Source: Candidatus Krumholzibacteriota bacterium (GTDB lineage: Bacteria > Krumholzibacteriota > Krumholzibacteriia > JAJRXK01). Taken from it: a stretch of 64,000 nucleotides of DNA. A model generated the notes under the pieces. That model was not told the origin of the DNA. It searched no databases and saw only the letters and a list, made by a program, of their open reading frames with translations. The position numbers and the translations under genes are program-made. Positions 48,899 through 57,569 of the stretch are shown here, one piece after another (position 1 is the first letter of the stretch; every line of letters starts with the position of its first letter). Location: the NCBI GenBank assembly GCA_963806035.1, contig CAWDWO010000026.1:96001-160000 (forward strand), given 5' to 3'.

Positions 48899-49737
48899 AG
48901 TCCACGGCTCCTGGGTTTCAGGAAAATTCGAATCGAGGCGTCCAGCGCGAGGAATCCGAACAAGAGAAAGATGGCGGCCTGCAGGGCCACCACCACCAGA
49001 ACGATTTCTGGCCGTAGCTGAGCGGCCAGGCGAGTCGAGCGCTGCAGAATCAAGGACAGCGGAAGTCCCGCGAGCCAGGGCAAGAGAACGAAAGCCACAG
49101 GCCACTGTAGATCCTGGCGCGTCCGCCGGAAACTGGCCCCGATTGCGCGCGGCAATCCCCTGTCCTCACGCAGAAGGTGCGCCGGCACGAAGAACAGGGG
49201 GCACAAGAGGAGCAGCGGAAGGAGGCTTCCGAAGGTGGTGATCAACGAGTGGATCCTGTAGGAAAGATCAAATCGCGTGTTCAAAAGATAGATCGGCAAG
49301 CCGTAGAGGAGAATCCACCCCGCGATTTCCACACAGGTCAACAGGAAGAGGGGCAAGTAGTAATGAGCGCTGTCGCGGGCGGGCGTCTTGTTCTGTGTGC
49401 GTTCGTCACCCACGACGTGGTAGACGGCCAAACCGCACCAGGCCGCGACGAAGGGACTCACGAAAAGATCCACCAGGAGCTTTCCCGCCGCGCCGGTCAC
49501 CGGCAGTCCGATGAAGGATTCCGGGTAATGCAGGTAGTAGGAACCGAAGACCCTCTGCACGAAGGGGACGACCGCGCCACCCCACAGGGGAAAGGTCGGA
49601 TCCGCGCAAATCACGAATACCATGAGCTCCGCGGCGAAGGCGAAGAAGAGTACGACACGCACCCCGGCGCGCCGAAAGTCCAGGAATCCGAGGACGATCA
49701 GGCGAATGAGATCTTCGACGAAGCGCAGGAGGTTCAT
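48895..49737 (-). CDS. Hypothetical polytopic membrane protein
   Basis: About six hydrophobic segments; ATGA-coupled to both neighbours. Confidence 0.7.
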   Translation of the reverse strand: MNLLRFVEDLIRLIVLGFLDFRRAGVRVVLFFAFAAELMVFVICADPTFPLWGGAVVPFVQRVFGSYYLHYPESFIGLPVTGAAGKLLVDLFVSPFVAAWCGLAVYHVVGDERTQNKTPARDSAHYYLPLFLLTCVEIAGWILLYGLPIYLLNTRFDLSYRIHSLITTFGSLLPLLLLCPLFFVPAHLLREDRGLPRAIGASFRRTRQDLQWPVAFVLLPWLAGLPLSLILQRSTRLAAQLRPEIVLVVVALQAAIFLLFGFLALDASIRIFLKPRSRGL

Positions 49738-50369
49738 TGGCCTCCCCTCTCGTCAAAGTAGCGGAGCACTTCTTCTCCGTAGCTATCCCAGCTGCGAGCC
49801 AGCCGCTTCTGAGCCACGCTCTCTCCTTCCACGTCGAGCACGGGGGTACTGAGCCGGAGCAGGAGCGCGTCGCGCGAGCTGCCGCGCAGGGAAGAAAGCA
49901 TCTGGTCCAGTTTGAGGCCGAGCGCACTCGTCACCTGTCCACGACGTGTACGATAGGCGTACCACACGAGCCGTTTCTCTCCCTGTTTCTCGATCAATAG
50001 CTGGCGCATCACCGAATCGTCCTCGTGTACCACTTCGCTGTCGATGATTTCCCATCCCGCGCCCGGATAGCAGTGCTCGGGAGCGTGCACCTGCGCGTTG
50101 GTTCTCTGCCCCGCGTAATAGCCGGCGTAGATCCAGACGGGAGCCCAGTCCTCGCTCTTCACTTCCACGAAGCGATAGCGGTCGACCCCCAGCGCCTCGC
50201 GCGCTTGCAGCGAAACGGGGAGCACCGTCACCTGCGCCCCCTGAAGAATGCTGTCGGCGAAGTCCTTCGACCAATCCGCCTCCGCGACGGGAGTCTGAAG
50301 ACGATGCGAGAGAAAAGCCACGCCGAGAAATCCAACTCCCAGGATGAGGGCACGAGGGGATCGTCTCAT
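49734..50369 (-). CDS. epsI: Exosortase-associated EpsI family protein
   Basis: N-terminal TM, GYY..QR....HAPEHCYPGAGW, LVWY.Y, ALLLRLS. Confidence 0.88.
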   Translation of the reverse strand: MRRSPRALILGVGFLGVAFLSHRLQTPVAEADWSKDFADSILQGAQVTVLPVSLQAREALGVDRYRFVEVKSEDWAPVWIYAGYYAGQRTNAQVHAPEHCYPGAGWEIIDSEVVHEDDSVMRQLLIEKQGEKRLVWYAYRTRRGQVTSALGLKLDQMLSSLRGSSRDALLLRLSTPVLDVEGESVAQKRLARSWDSYGEEVLRYFDERGGQ

Positions 50370-51193
50370 GATCTCGTCCCCCGCCGGATGAACGCAGCCA
50401 TCCCCAACACGATCACTCCCAGAGCGAAGCTCAGAAGTCCGCCTCCGAGATGAAAGAGGTTCTCCGCCGTCTCCGGTCCACCCAACTGCGCGCCGTAGCC
50501 GGTCAACACCAAGCGCAACAGATTGGCTCCCAGTGCCAGAGGCACCGAAAGGAGCAGCAAGAAGAGAGTGCGGCGCACCGAGAGACGCGCGGCCGCCGCG
50601 ATGAAGGCGGCCAGTGCGCTCATCACCAAGAGACTGCGTAGCCCGCTGCAGGCCTCCACCACTTCCAGATCGTATCCGGCGAAGTGCAGCAGATTCCCTT
50701 CTCTGGCCAGGGGAACCCCGCTCCAGTGCAAGACGAAGGCCGCCGCGGCCGAGGACATCCGCTGCAGATGCGCGGTCGCACCGTAGTAGAGCACGTAGGG
50801 CCAGGGGACCAAGAGGAGCAGCGCGAGAAGCGGACCGCGCCAGGCGGAGACGATCTTGGCGGGAGCCAAGGCCTCGACTGCAGCGAGAACGGCCAGGATC
50901 AAGGACCAGCGCAAGAGGCTGTCGTTGGCCACCAACAGGCCGCCAACCGCCGCGAGCAGGGCCATGAGCGCCCAGCCCCACCAGATTGGAGCCAGCCCCC
51001 TCTCCCCGCTCTCATCGCCCTTCAAGCTGCGCCAGATCGCCAGCGCGATCAAAAGTCCGCCCAGGACGAGTCCGTGTCCGTAGTTGGGATCGGAAATGAG
51101 GTCCGCGACCCAGCCCTTGAAGATCTGCGCGTAGGCCAGCAGAAAGGCCAGCGTCGCGAAGGCAACGCTGAGGACGAGCCGCAAGTTCTTCAT
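50366..51193 (-). CDS. Exosortase (EpsH family)
   Basis: Multi-TM; YGHG, REGN, VVEACSGLRSL (Cys), ANLLR (Arg), FH (His). Confidence 0.95.
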   Translation of the reverse strand: MKNLRLVLSVAFATLAFLLAYAQIFKGWVADLISDPNYGHGLVLGGLLIALAIWRSLKGDESGERGLAPIWWGWALMALLAAVGGLLVANDSLLRWSLILAVLAAVEALAPAKIVSAWRGPLLALLLLVPWPYVLYYGATAHLQRMSSAAAAFVLHWSGVPLAREGNLLHFAGYDLEVVEACSGLRSLLVMSALAAFIAAAARLSVRRTLFLLLLSVPLALGANLLRLVLTGYGAQLGGPETAENLFHLGGGLLSFALGVIVLGMAAFIRRGTRS

Positions 51194-51304
51194 CGCGTCC
51201 CCCCGGGCACGATGTCCCTCCCGAATGCGCCCCCAAAAGGGACATGGATGAGCGGTATCCAGTCGACTGGGCCGCCCGTCGCACGGGCGGCCGGCGTCGA
51301 GAGA

Positions 51305-52234
51305 CTACTGCTTCATCCAGCGGAGGGAAAGCAAATGCGCCTGTCCCAGTTCCTTGTGCGGAACGTAGGCGTAATCCAGGGCCAATCCCGAGTGGGCGAT
51401 GGTGAAGCCGAATCGCAGCGGAGAGAAGCTCGCCTGCTCCGAAGATTCGGTGAGCGCGACATAACCCGCGCGCAAATTGAGGATCCCGTGCATCCCCGAC
51501 CACTGCGCGCCCAGAGCGAGGTCCTTGTCGCCATAACGGCGGTCGTTGTACTGAGCCACGAGTTCCACATCGTGCAGCCCCGGTGAAACCGCGACACCCG
51601 TTGCCAGACGCCGTGGCGGATCGTAGCTGCTGCCGTCATAGTTCAGGTAGCCGAAGAGATTGGTGCCGGACACCCCGATGCGTGCCGGTCCCACGTCCAG
51701 GAGCGCACCGAGATCGAAAGAGAAGCCGGTGCCCTTGGCCACCTCCAGGTTCTCCTGGATGTACTGCGCGCCCGCACCCAGGCTGAGCATGCCGAAGCGC
51801 ATGGCATAGGCCGCGCCCAGGCTGAGATCCTGGGGCTCCAGAGAGCCCATCCGGTTGCCACTGGCGTCGAATCGCGGCACGCTCGCATGGTTCACCATGC
51901 GGCCCGTCAGCGCGAGTCCGGAGCGGCCCTTCTGCAGGGGCATCTGAATGGACAGGGCATTGACGCGCTGCTCGGCCAACCACAGCTCGTGGGTCAGGGT
52001 GGCGGTGCTGCTCGTCACCTGGGACCCGGCCGGGTTGGCGAAAGGCGAAATTCCGTGGCTGAATCGTGCAACATCCGCTCCACCCATGCCCGCACCCACC
52101 ACGTCCACGGGAATGCTGAGGAAGGTGCCGCTGGTCTCTTGAGCCCAAGCGGATGGCGCCGCCACGCCGAGGAAGAGCAGGATGTAACCCGTGATGCTGA
52201 GAAAGTAATGGACTCGTCTTGATTGACGCTTCAT
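51305..52234 (-). CDS. PorV/PorQ-family outer-membrane beta-barrel
   Basis: Signal peptide, FLSIP.....GMG.A..A......NPAG, DLG, LRAGY, DYAY.P...LG..H..SL terminal strand. Confidence 0.8.
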   Translation of the reverse strand: MKRQSRRVHYFLSITGYILLFLGVAAPSAWAQETSGTFLSIPVDVVGAGMGGADVARFSHGISPFANPAGSQVTSSTATLTHELWLAEQRVNALSIQMPLQKGRSGLALTGRMVNHASVPRFDASGNRMGSLEPQDLSLGAAYAMRFGMLSLGAGAQYIQENLEVAKGTGFSFDLGALLDVGPARIGVSGTNLFGYLNYDGSSYDPPRRLATGVAVSPGLHDVELVAQYNDRRYGDKDLALGAQWSGMHGILNLRAGYVALTESSEQASFSPLRFGFTIAHSGLALDYAYVPHKELGQAHLLSLRWMKQ

Positions 52235-52283
52235 CTGCAAGACTCTACGCTCCCTTTTCGACCCTCCCCACCCCAATGACTGG

Positions 52284-52298
52284 GCAGGATCCAAGCCA
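52284..52298 (-). promoter_or_regulatory. Possible sigma-54 promoter for the PorV-like/exosortase unit
   Basis: TGGCTT-GGATC-CTGC (GG-N10-GC) on the - strand, 50 nt upstream of the ATG. Confidence 0.4.
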
Positions 52299-52306
52299 AA
52301 TTCCCC

Positions 52307-53308
52307 ATGTCTGACGCCAACTCACGCATTCGTTCGTTCCTGAGCCGGCACCTTTTCGCCTACCTTGCGGCTCTGGCGCTCCTCGTGGTGGTTCTCGCCT
52401 TCATCCTGGCGAGAAAGCCCCTACACGAGGCCTGGCAGGTCTTTGATCGTTCTCTCATCCTGCCGGTTCTCGCCCTGAGCCTGCTCAACTACTGGCTCCG
52501 TTTCGCCAAGTGGGACTTCCTCTTGAAGGCCCTGAAGATCCGCGTGCCCTTTGTGTCCAACGCGCGCATCTACTTTTCTTGCCTCACCATGGTCGTGACT
52601 CCCTTCCGACTGGGTGAGGTCTACAAACTCGTCTTCCTGCGCCGCCAACACGGCCACTCGATCCAGAGCACCACTCCCGTGCTCCTGGTCGACCGGATCA
52701 CCGATGCCTTCGCCCTGACCCTTCTGGCCCTGGTCGGGATCGGTAGCGGACAGAAGAACCTCCAACCGCGCCTGATCGCGCTCTTGCTGGTGACCCTCCT
52801 CGGCGGCTTCCTCTTGGGTCGTCCCTGGGTGCAGAAGCTGATGCTGCGGCTTCTGCGAAAGATTCCCTGGACGGCCAAGCGAGCCGACTCGTTGGGCGAA
52901 GCCCTGCGCGACGGTGCGCGACTCTTTTCCACCGCGAAACTTCTCCCCGCTCTTCTCTTGAGCTTGGGGGCATGGTTCGCGGAATGCGTGGGGCTCTATC
53001 TGATTCTCGTGGGGCTGGGGACGTCCATTCCCCTCGTCCAGGCCAGCTGGATCTATGCTGGCAGTACGATCGCAGGGAATCTCACCTTGTTGCCGGGCGG
53101 CTTGGTGGGGACAGAAGCTCTTTTGATCGAGATTCTGCGCCAGTCCGGCATCACTCTCGCCACGGCGACCGCGGCGACCCTGCTTGTTCGGGGAGCGACT
53201 CTATGGTTCGCGGTTCTTCTCGGTCTTGTCGTAACCTTCACTTCCCGGCGTGAGCTGCGGTGGAAAGAGCTTCGGCGAGAAACAGATTCTTATTCTTCTT
53301 CGCCGTAA
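52307..53308 (+). CDS. Lysylphosphatidylglycerol synthase TM / UPF0104 flippase-like protein
   Basis: LRF.KW, TP.RLGEV.K, DR..D, PGGL.GTE, R..TLW motifs; multi-TM. Confidence 0.85.
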   Translation: MSDANSRIRSFLSRHLFAYLAALALLVVVLAFILARKPLHEAWQVFDRSLILPVLALSLLNYWLRFAKWDFLLKALKIRVPFVSNARIYFSCLTMVVTPFRLGEVYKLVFLRRQHGHSIQSTTPVLLVDRITDAFALTLLALVGIGSGQKNLQPRLIALLLVTLLGGFLLGRPWVQKLMLRLLRKIPWTAKRADSLGEALRDGARLFSTAKLLPALLLSLGAWFAECVGLYLILVGLGTSIPLVQASWIYAGSTIAGNLTLLPGGLVGTEALLIEILRQSGITLATATAATLLVRGATLWFAVLLGLVVTFTSRRELRWKELRRETDSYSSSP

Positions 53309-53991
53309 TAGCTGTACTCGTAGTAGTAGGGTAAGACTCGTGACGCGTTGTTGAGAACCACGCCAAGGATGCGTGCGTTTGAATCATCGAGAATGTCTCG
53401 TGCCCGTTCGACGACTTCTCGTGGGGTGAGTCCACCCATGATCACCATCAAGATTCCATCCATCTCTCCCGCCAGGATCGTGGTATCCGCGACGGGCAAT
53501 ACCGGGGGCGCATCGAAGATGACGATTTCAAATCGTTTTCGCAAGTGCTCGACGGTATCGCTCAGATGCTGTCTTTCGAAGAGTGCTCCCGGGTGTTCCT
53601 CGCGGTACCCACTCGGGATCACTTGAAGAAAAGAGTGAGGAGTCGGCCGTAAGGCCTGATCGATCGAGCACTTCCCCTGCAGGATATCGCTGAGTCCCGG
53701 CTCACGCGGCATCTCGAAGAGCTTGTGGACGGTGGGACGGCGCAGATCGGCGTCGACCAAAACCGTGCGCGTGCGACGGTGACGCGCCACCGTGACGGCC
53801 AAATTCGCCGAGGTGGTGCTCTTTCCCTCGCCCCTCTCGGCGGAAGTTAACATCAGGACCTGTGCCGAGAGTTCCTTCAGCCGCGGACGCAGCTTGGTGT
53901 ACATCCGTCGCATCTCGACTGCCAAGGGAGTCTCGAAATCCTTGGGATCGGTGGACAACAGAGACGATTGCTGAACCTCGTTCTCTCTCAC
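53290..53991 (-). CDS. CpsD/CapB-family bacterial tyrosine kinase
   Basis: TSA..GEGKST, DADLRRP, DAPP, C-terminal tyrosine cluster YYYEYSYY; GTGA overlap with upstream gene. Confidence 0.95.
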   Translation of the reverse strand: MRENEVQQSSLLSTDPKDFETPLAVEMRRMYTKLRPRLKELSAQVLMLTSAERGEGKSTTSANLAVTVARHRRTRTVLVDADLRRPTVHKLFEMPREPGLSDILQGKCSIDQALRPTPHSFLQVIPSGYREEHPGALFERQHLSDTVEHLRKRFEIVIFDAPPVLPVADTTILAGEMDGILMVIMGGLTPREVVERARDILDDSNARILGVVLNNASRVLPYYYEYSYYGEEE

Positions 53992-55718
53992 TGTGAATCC
54001 CCTGGGGCGGAAGAGGGTGCGGCGCTTTCCGTCAATGGACTGAGCGGCTGAATGTGATCGTGCACCATGGCCTGTCGATAGTAGAGGACGAAGAGCAGCA
54101 TCGCCGTCACCAGGGTGACGATGAATGCGGTTCTCCACACGAACACCGTGCGCCTCTTTTTGAGGCTCCACTCATAGGTATCCGCGAAGCGCGGTAAAGT
54201 TCCCACCACGCGCAGTCCCAGGATGTGCTCGACCTCGTCCACGTCCTTGAAACTGGAATCCACGTATTCCGCCAGGAAGATGGCGCCCATTCCGATGCCC
54301 AGGGCGAGCACGATGCCCATCAACGCGATCTTCTTCTTGTCCGGCTTGAAGGGCGTAATCGCCTTGAAGGCCGGCTCCAGGACACGAACGCTGATGCCGA
54401 AGCCACTCTCGTTCGCGGCCAGTCGCAGCTCGTTGGAGTTCTCGGCGTCGATCAGGTGGTTGTAGATCGACTCCTCCTGGGAGACCTTTTGCTCCAGACG
54501 GCGTAGCTCGGCCTCCAGCCCCGGCTTCTTTTTGATGCGTTGCTGGAAGGCGTCGTATTCGCCCTGGATCCTGTCCTGATGCTTGCGCAGCACCTCGTCG
54601 ACGACCATGAGCTCTGCCTTCCGCGCGAGCATTTCCAGCGCGTGCTTGGGCAAATTGGGGTAAGCGTCGCTCATGATCTCGAGCATGCGCGCGTTCAGGC
54701 GATTTCTCTGCACACCGATTCGCTGCTGTTCGGGGGTGATTCCCGAAGCGGAGCTGACCGTAGTGCCGAGCTGTGAGACGTAGTCCTGTTGTTCCAGCGC
54801 TTCGAGCCGATCGCGGATTCCCTGCACCTGCGGGTCGTCACTGAAGCGGAGATTTCGCGGAGGCGAGTCGAGCATGGAGAACAGCTCGTTGTCGATGCGC
54901 GTGATCTCGCGCTCGTTTTCCGTGAGATCGAGTTTGACGTTTTGCAGGATCCCCTCGGCCTGACGGCTGTTCTTTTCGTTCACCGGATTGTTGGTGAGGG
55001 TCTCCTGGATGACGCGGGTTCGTTTGAACTTCTCGAGTTCCGATTCCGCATCCTTGAGATTCTGCCGCGCGCTCTCCAACTGTTGATCGGTGAAGCTGGT
55101 GGTCTCGATCAGACCCTCCACCCTGCGCCGGTTCATCTCCTCCACGAAGGCCTCGGTCACCGCCTCGGTGAGCTTGTACGCAGTGTAGGGATCGTTGTCC
55201 TCCATGCTGATCAGAAAGAGGTTGCCCTCCTGATAGCTGACGTAAAGCTTGTGGCGTAGACGATCGACCAGGAGTCGCTCGGCGATCAAACTGAGAGTCT
55301 GATCCGGCAGCTTCGTCTCCTGGAGGATCCGCGCCTGCTCCTGGATCTCCTTGTCGTTACGCAGCTGGAGATTCCGGATGACGCGGGTGAGCAGCTGTTG
55401 CGACATGAGCGTCTCGCGCACCATGACCAGGTTCTCGAGATCGCGCACGCGGCGGGCCTCGCGCGTCATGAGCTTGTCCACGTCGGTTCCGGTGCTTCGG
55501 TCTTCCAAGAGGATACGCACGCTCGACTGATACACGGGCGGCATCGTCGCGACTCCCGCCCCCAGAACACTCCCGATCACCAGCACCGGAAGAATGAGGT
55601 AGAAACGGCGCCGGCGAATGATCTGCCACAGGCGATGGGGATCGAACCCTCCTTCGCCGCTCTTGGACGCTTGGGAAGGGCCCGACCTATGCTGCGATTT
55701 CCTGGGGCTAGGGGCCAT
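53988..55718 (-). CDS. Polysaccharide co-polymerase (Wzc-N/GumC type)
   Basis: N-terminal TM + PVYQS, long coiled coil, P..P.KP + second TM, E..D.S.KD..EVE..LG..V.G.LP. Confidence 0.92.
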   Translation of the reverse strand: MAPSPRKSQHRSGPSQASKSGEGGFDPHRLWQIIRRRRFYLILPVLVIGSVLGAGVATMPPVYQSSVRILLEDRSTGTDVDKLMTREARRVRDLENLVMVRETLMSQQLLTRVIRNLQLRNDKEIQEQARILQETKLPDQTLSLIAERLLVDRLRHKLYVSYQEGNLFLISMEDNDPYTAYKLTEAVTEAFVEEMNRRRVEGLIETTSFTDQQLESARQNLKDAESELEKFKRTRVIQETLTNNPVNEKNSRQAEGILQNVKLDLTENEREITRIDNELFSMLDSPPRNLRFSDDPQVQGIRDRLEALEQQDYVSQLGTTVSSASGITPEQQRIGVQRNRLNARMLEIMSDAYPNLPKHALEMLARKAELMVVDEVLRKHQDRIQGEYDAFQQRIKKKPGLEAELRRLEQKVSQEESIYNHLIDAENSNELRLAANESGFGISVRVLEPAFKAITPFKPDKKKIALMGIVLALGIGMGAIFLAEYVDSSFKDVDEVEHILGLRVVGTLPRFADTYEWSLKKRRTVFVWRTAFIVTLVTAMLLFVLYYRQAMVHDHIQPLSPLTESAAPSSAPGDSQ

Positions 55719-55746
55719 GCTGATTCTCCACGACGCGCGTACGCGT

Positions 55747-56724
55747 TTACTTGCGCGAAACGCTGATCAAGAGGGCGACCACCCCGGTGACCGAGGCCAC
55801 GATGCCGGGAAGAATCCGCCACACGCCTCCCGAGCTGGGCTTCTTCTCGACGAAAACCGTGTCGCCCGAATAGACCAGGGGGTTGCCGCTGATCTGTCCG
55901 TTCTCCAAGAAGAGGGTCGTATCCACCGTCCGGCCCTGTAGGCTACCGCGCCCCGAATCGTGCACCAATCGCACCTTGTGGGGGTCACCCTCGCCGTTGA
56001 AACCGCCCGCCAGGAGGATCACCGTGAGCACCGGGGTGGGACCCTCCACGCTGTAGAACCCCGCCTTGACGACCTGCCCGAACACCTGCACGCCGGTCTC
56101 CCGATCCGCCGCGTTGAGCATCGCGTCGTCGGGAACGATGACGGTGTCCCCCGGCGAAAGATCGGGAAGATCTCCGGTCCCCTCTCCGTGGATCACCTCG
56201 GCAACGTTCACCAGAGTCGTCACCGTCGATTTCTCGTCATTGTGAAGCACGCGCACGCGCCGCAAATTCGCGGTGGCGGTCGGCCCTCCCGCGGTGCGGA
56301 TCGCGTCCCATGCAGTGGGAGTTTCCTTGAAGGAATGTACGCCGGGCTTCGCGACAGCCCCCATGACGTAGATCTGCAAACTCTGATACTTGCTGACCGT
56401 GACGGAAACCTCGGTGATGTCTCGGTTGAAGGAACGCAGTCGCTTCGCGAGAAGGTCCTCCAGTTCGGGAACGGTCAGTCCGGCTGCCTTGACCTCACCG
56501 ACGAGCGGCACCACTACCGTACCATCGTCACGGACGGTGAGTTCCCGATCGAGAGTGGGCTGCTGCCACACCGAGAGCTGGAGCACGTCTCCCACACCGA
56601 GATGGTAGGGCCGGCCCGCGACCGCGTTGGGATACTGCGCCAGAGCACCAGGCACGGCCACCGCGCCCAGAAGAGCGAGCAGAAGGAGGAGGCTCAGGGA
56701 TCGACAGGACTTGGGCAATCTCAT
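55747..56724 (-). CDS. Polysaccharide export protein (OPX/Wza family) with SLBB domains
   Basis: Y.LG.GD.L.L.VW, V..DG....PLVG.V.AAGLT, two SLBB repeats, C-terminal hydrophobic helix. Confidence 0.93.
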   Translation of the reverse strand: MRLPKSCRSLSLLLLLALLGAVAVPGALAQYPNAVAGRPYHLGVGDVLQLSVWQQPTLDRELTVRDDGTVVVPLVGEVKAAGLTVPELEDLLAKRLRSFNRDITEVSVTVSKYQSLQIYVMGAVAKPGVHSFKETPTAWDAIRTAGGPTATANLRRVRVLHNDEKSTVTTLVNVAEVIHGEGTGDLPDLSPGDTVIVPDDAMLNAADRETGVQVFGQVVKAGFYSVEGPTPVLTVILLAGGFNGEGDPHKVRLVHDSGRGSLQGRTVDTTLFLENGQISGNPLVYSGDTVFVEKKPSSGGVWRILPGIVASVTGVVALLISVSRK

Positions 56725-56871
56725 GTTCCAGGGTACCCGCGCTGAATGGAATGACGAAACCGGGCAACTCGCAAAGAGACGCCCACGAATGCGGGACCCT
56801 CTCAGCCAGAGGATCCCGCTCCAATCCATATACGCTTATGGAGTCGATGACAATGCCCGAGTGAGGCTCTC

Positions 56872-57432
56872 CTAGCTCTGGGCCTGTGCCCCTCGGCGAC
56901 GGGCATGAATCATGGCTCCCACGATGACCAGACCACATGCAAGAAGCATGACGGTGGCAGGCTCGGGGGCCGGGGTCGCCGCGGTGCGGGGCTGACGCCC
57001 CTCCATGGGTACGCTGACGATGGGATCTCCACCGCGGTTGCGGTCCAGGGCTACCCAGCCCGTGGGCTCACCCAGGTTGACATCGCCGTCGCCAATGCGG
57101 GTGACGCCGAGGGTCGTGGTGAGAGGAATCGCACCGCTGGAAATGGTGCCCGTACCGGCATCGGGGTCCTCGCTGGGGAAGACCAGGGGGAGGCGGCCAT
57201 TCGGTTCCACCAGATAGAGATCGGAACTGTTCGATCCCTCCGGGGTCTGCAGTTTGAGCGTGAGTTCGGGAGTCTCGGCGGGATCGGCCGTCTCAGGCAC
57301 GGCGCTCCAGATCGTGGACGAACCCAGGGCCGCTGCTGAGGGGTCCACTGCCATGTTGGCCTGCGCGGACGGCGCGGCCAGGCAGAGGAGCAGCGCGAGG
57401 GCTGCGGAAAGGATCAGAAGTGGGCGCGTCAT
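56872..57432 (-). CDS. PEP-CTERM sorting-domain protein
   Basis: Signal peptide; C-terminal APEPATVMLLACGLVIVGAMIHARRR. Confidence 0.9.
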   Translation of the reverse strand: MTRPLLILSAALALLLCLAAPSAQANMAVDPSAAALGSSTIWSAVPETADPAETPELTLKLQTPEGSNSSDLYLVEPNGRLPLVFPSEDPDAGTGTISSGAIPLTTTLGVTRIGDGDVNLGEPTGWVALDRNRGGDPIVSVPMEGRQPRTAATPAPEPATVMLLACGLVIVGAMIHARRRGAQAQS

Positions 57433-57514
57433 GATTAGGACCTCGATCGCAGGGCAGGGTAACGGGAATTCGGGCGCGACCACGGCCTCCGCGGCCACCC
57501 GAAAGCTCCCCAAT

Positions 57515-57544
57515 AGTTTAGAAGCGTTTGCCATGGATTGTCAA
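57515..57544 (-). promoter_or_regulatory. Sigma-70-type promoter for the PEP-CTERM gene, inside a long inverted repeat
   Basis: TTGACA-N18-TAAACT on the - strand. Confidence 0.55.
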
Positions 57545-57569
57545 CTCTGGCAAAGGGACGCTAAACTCC

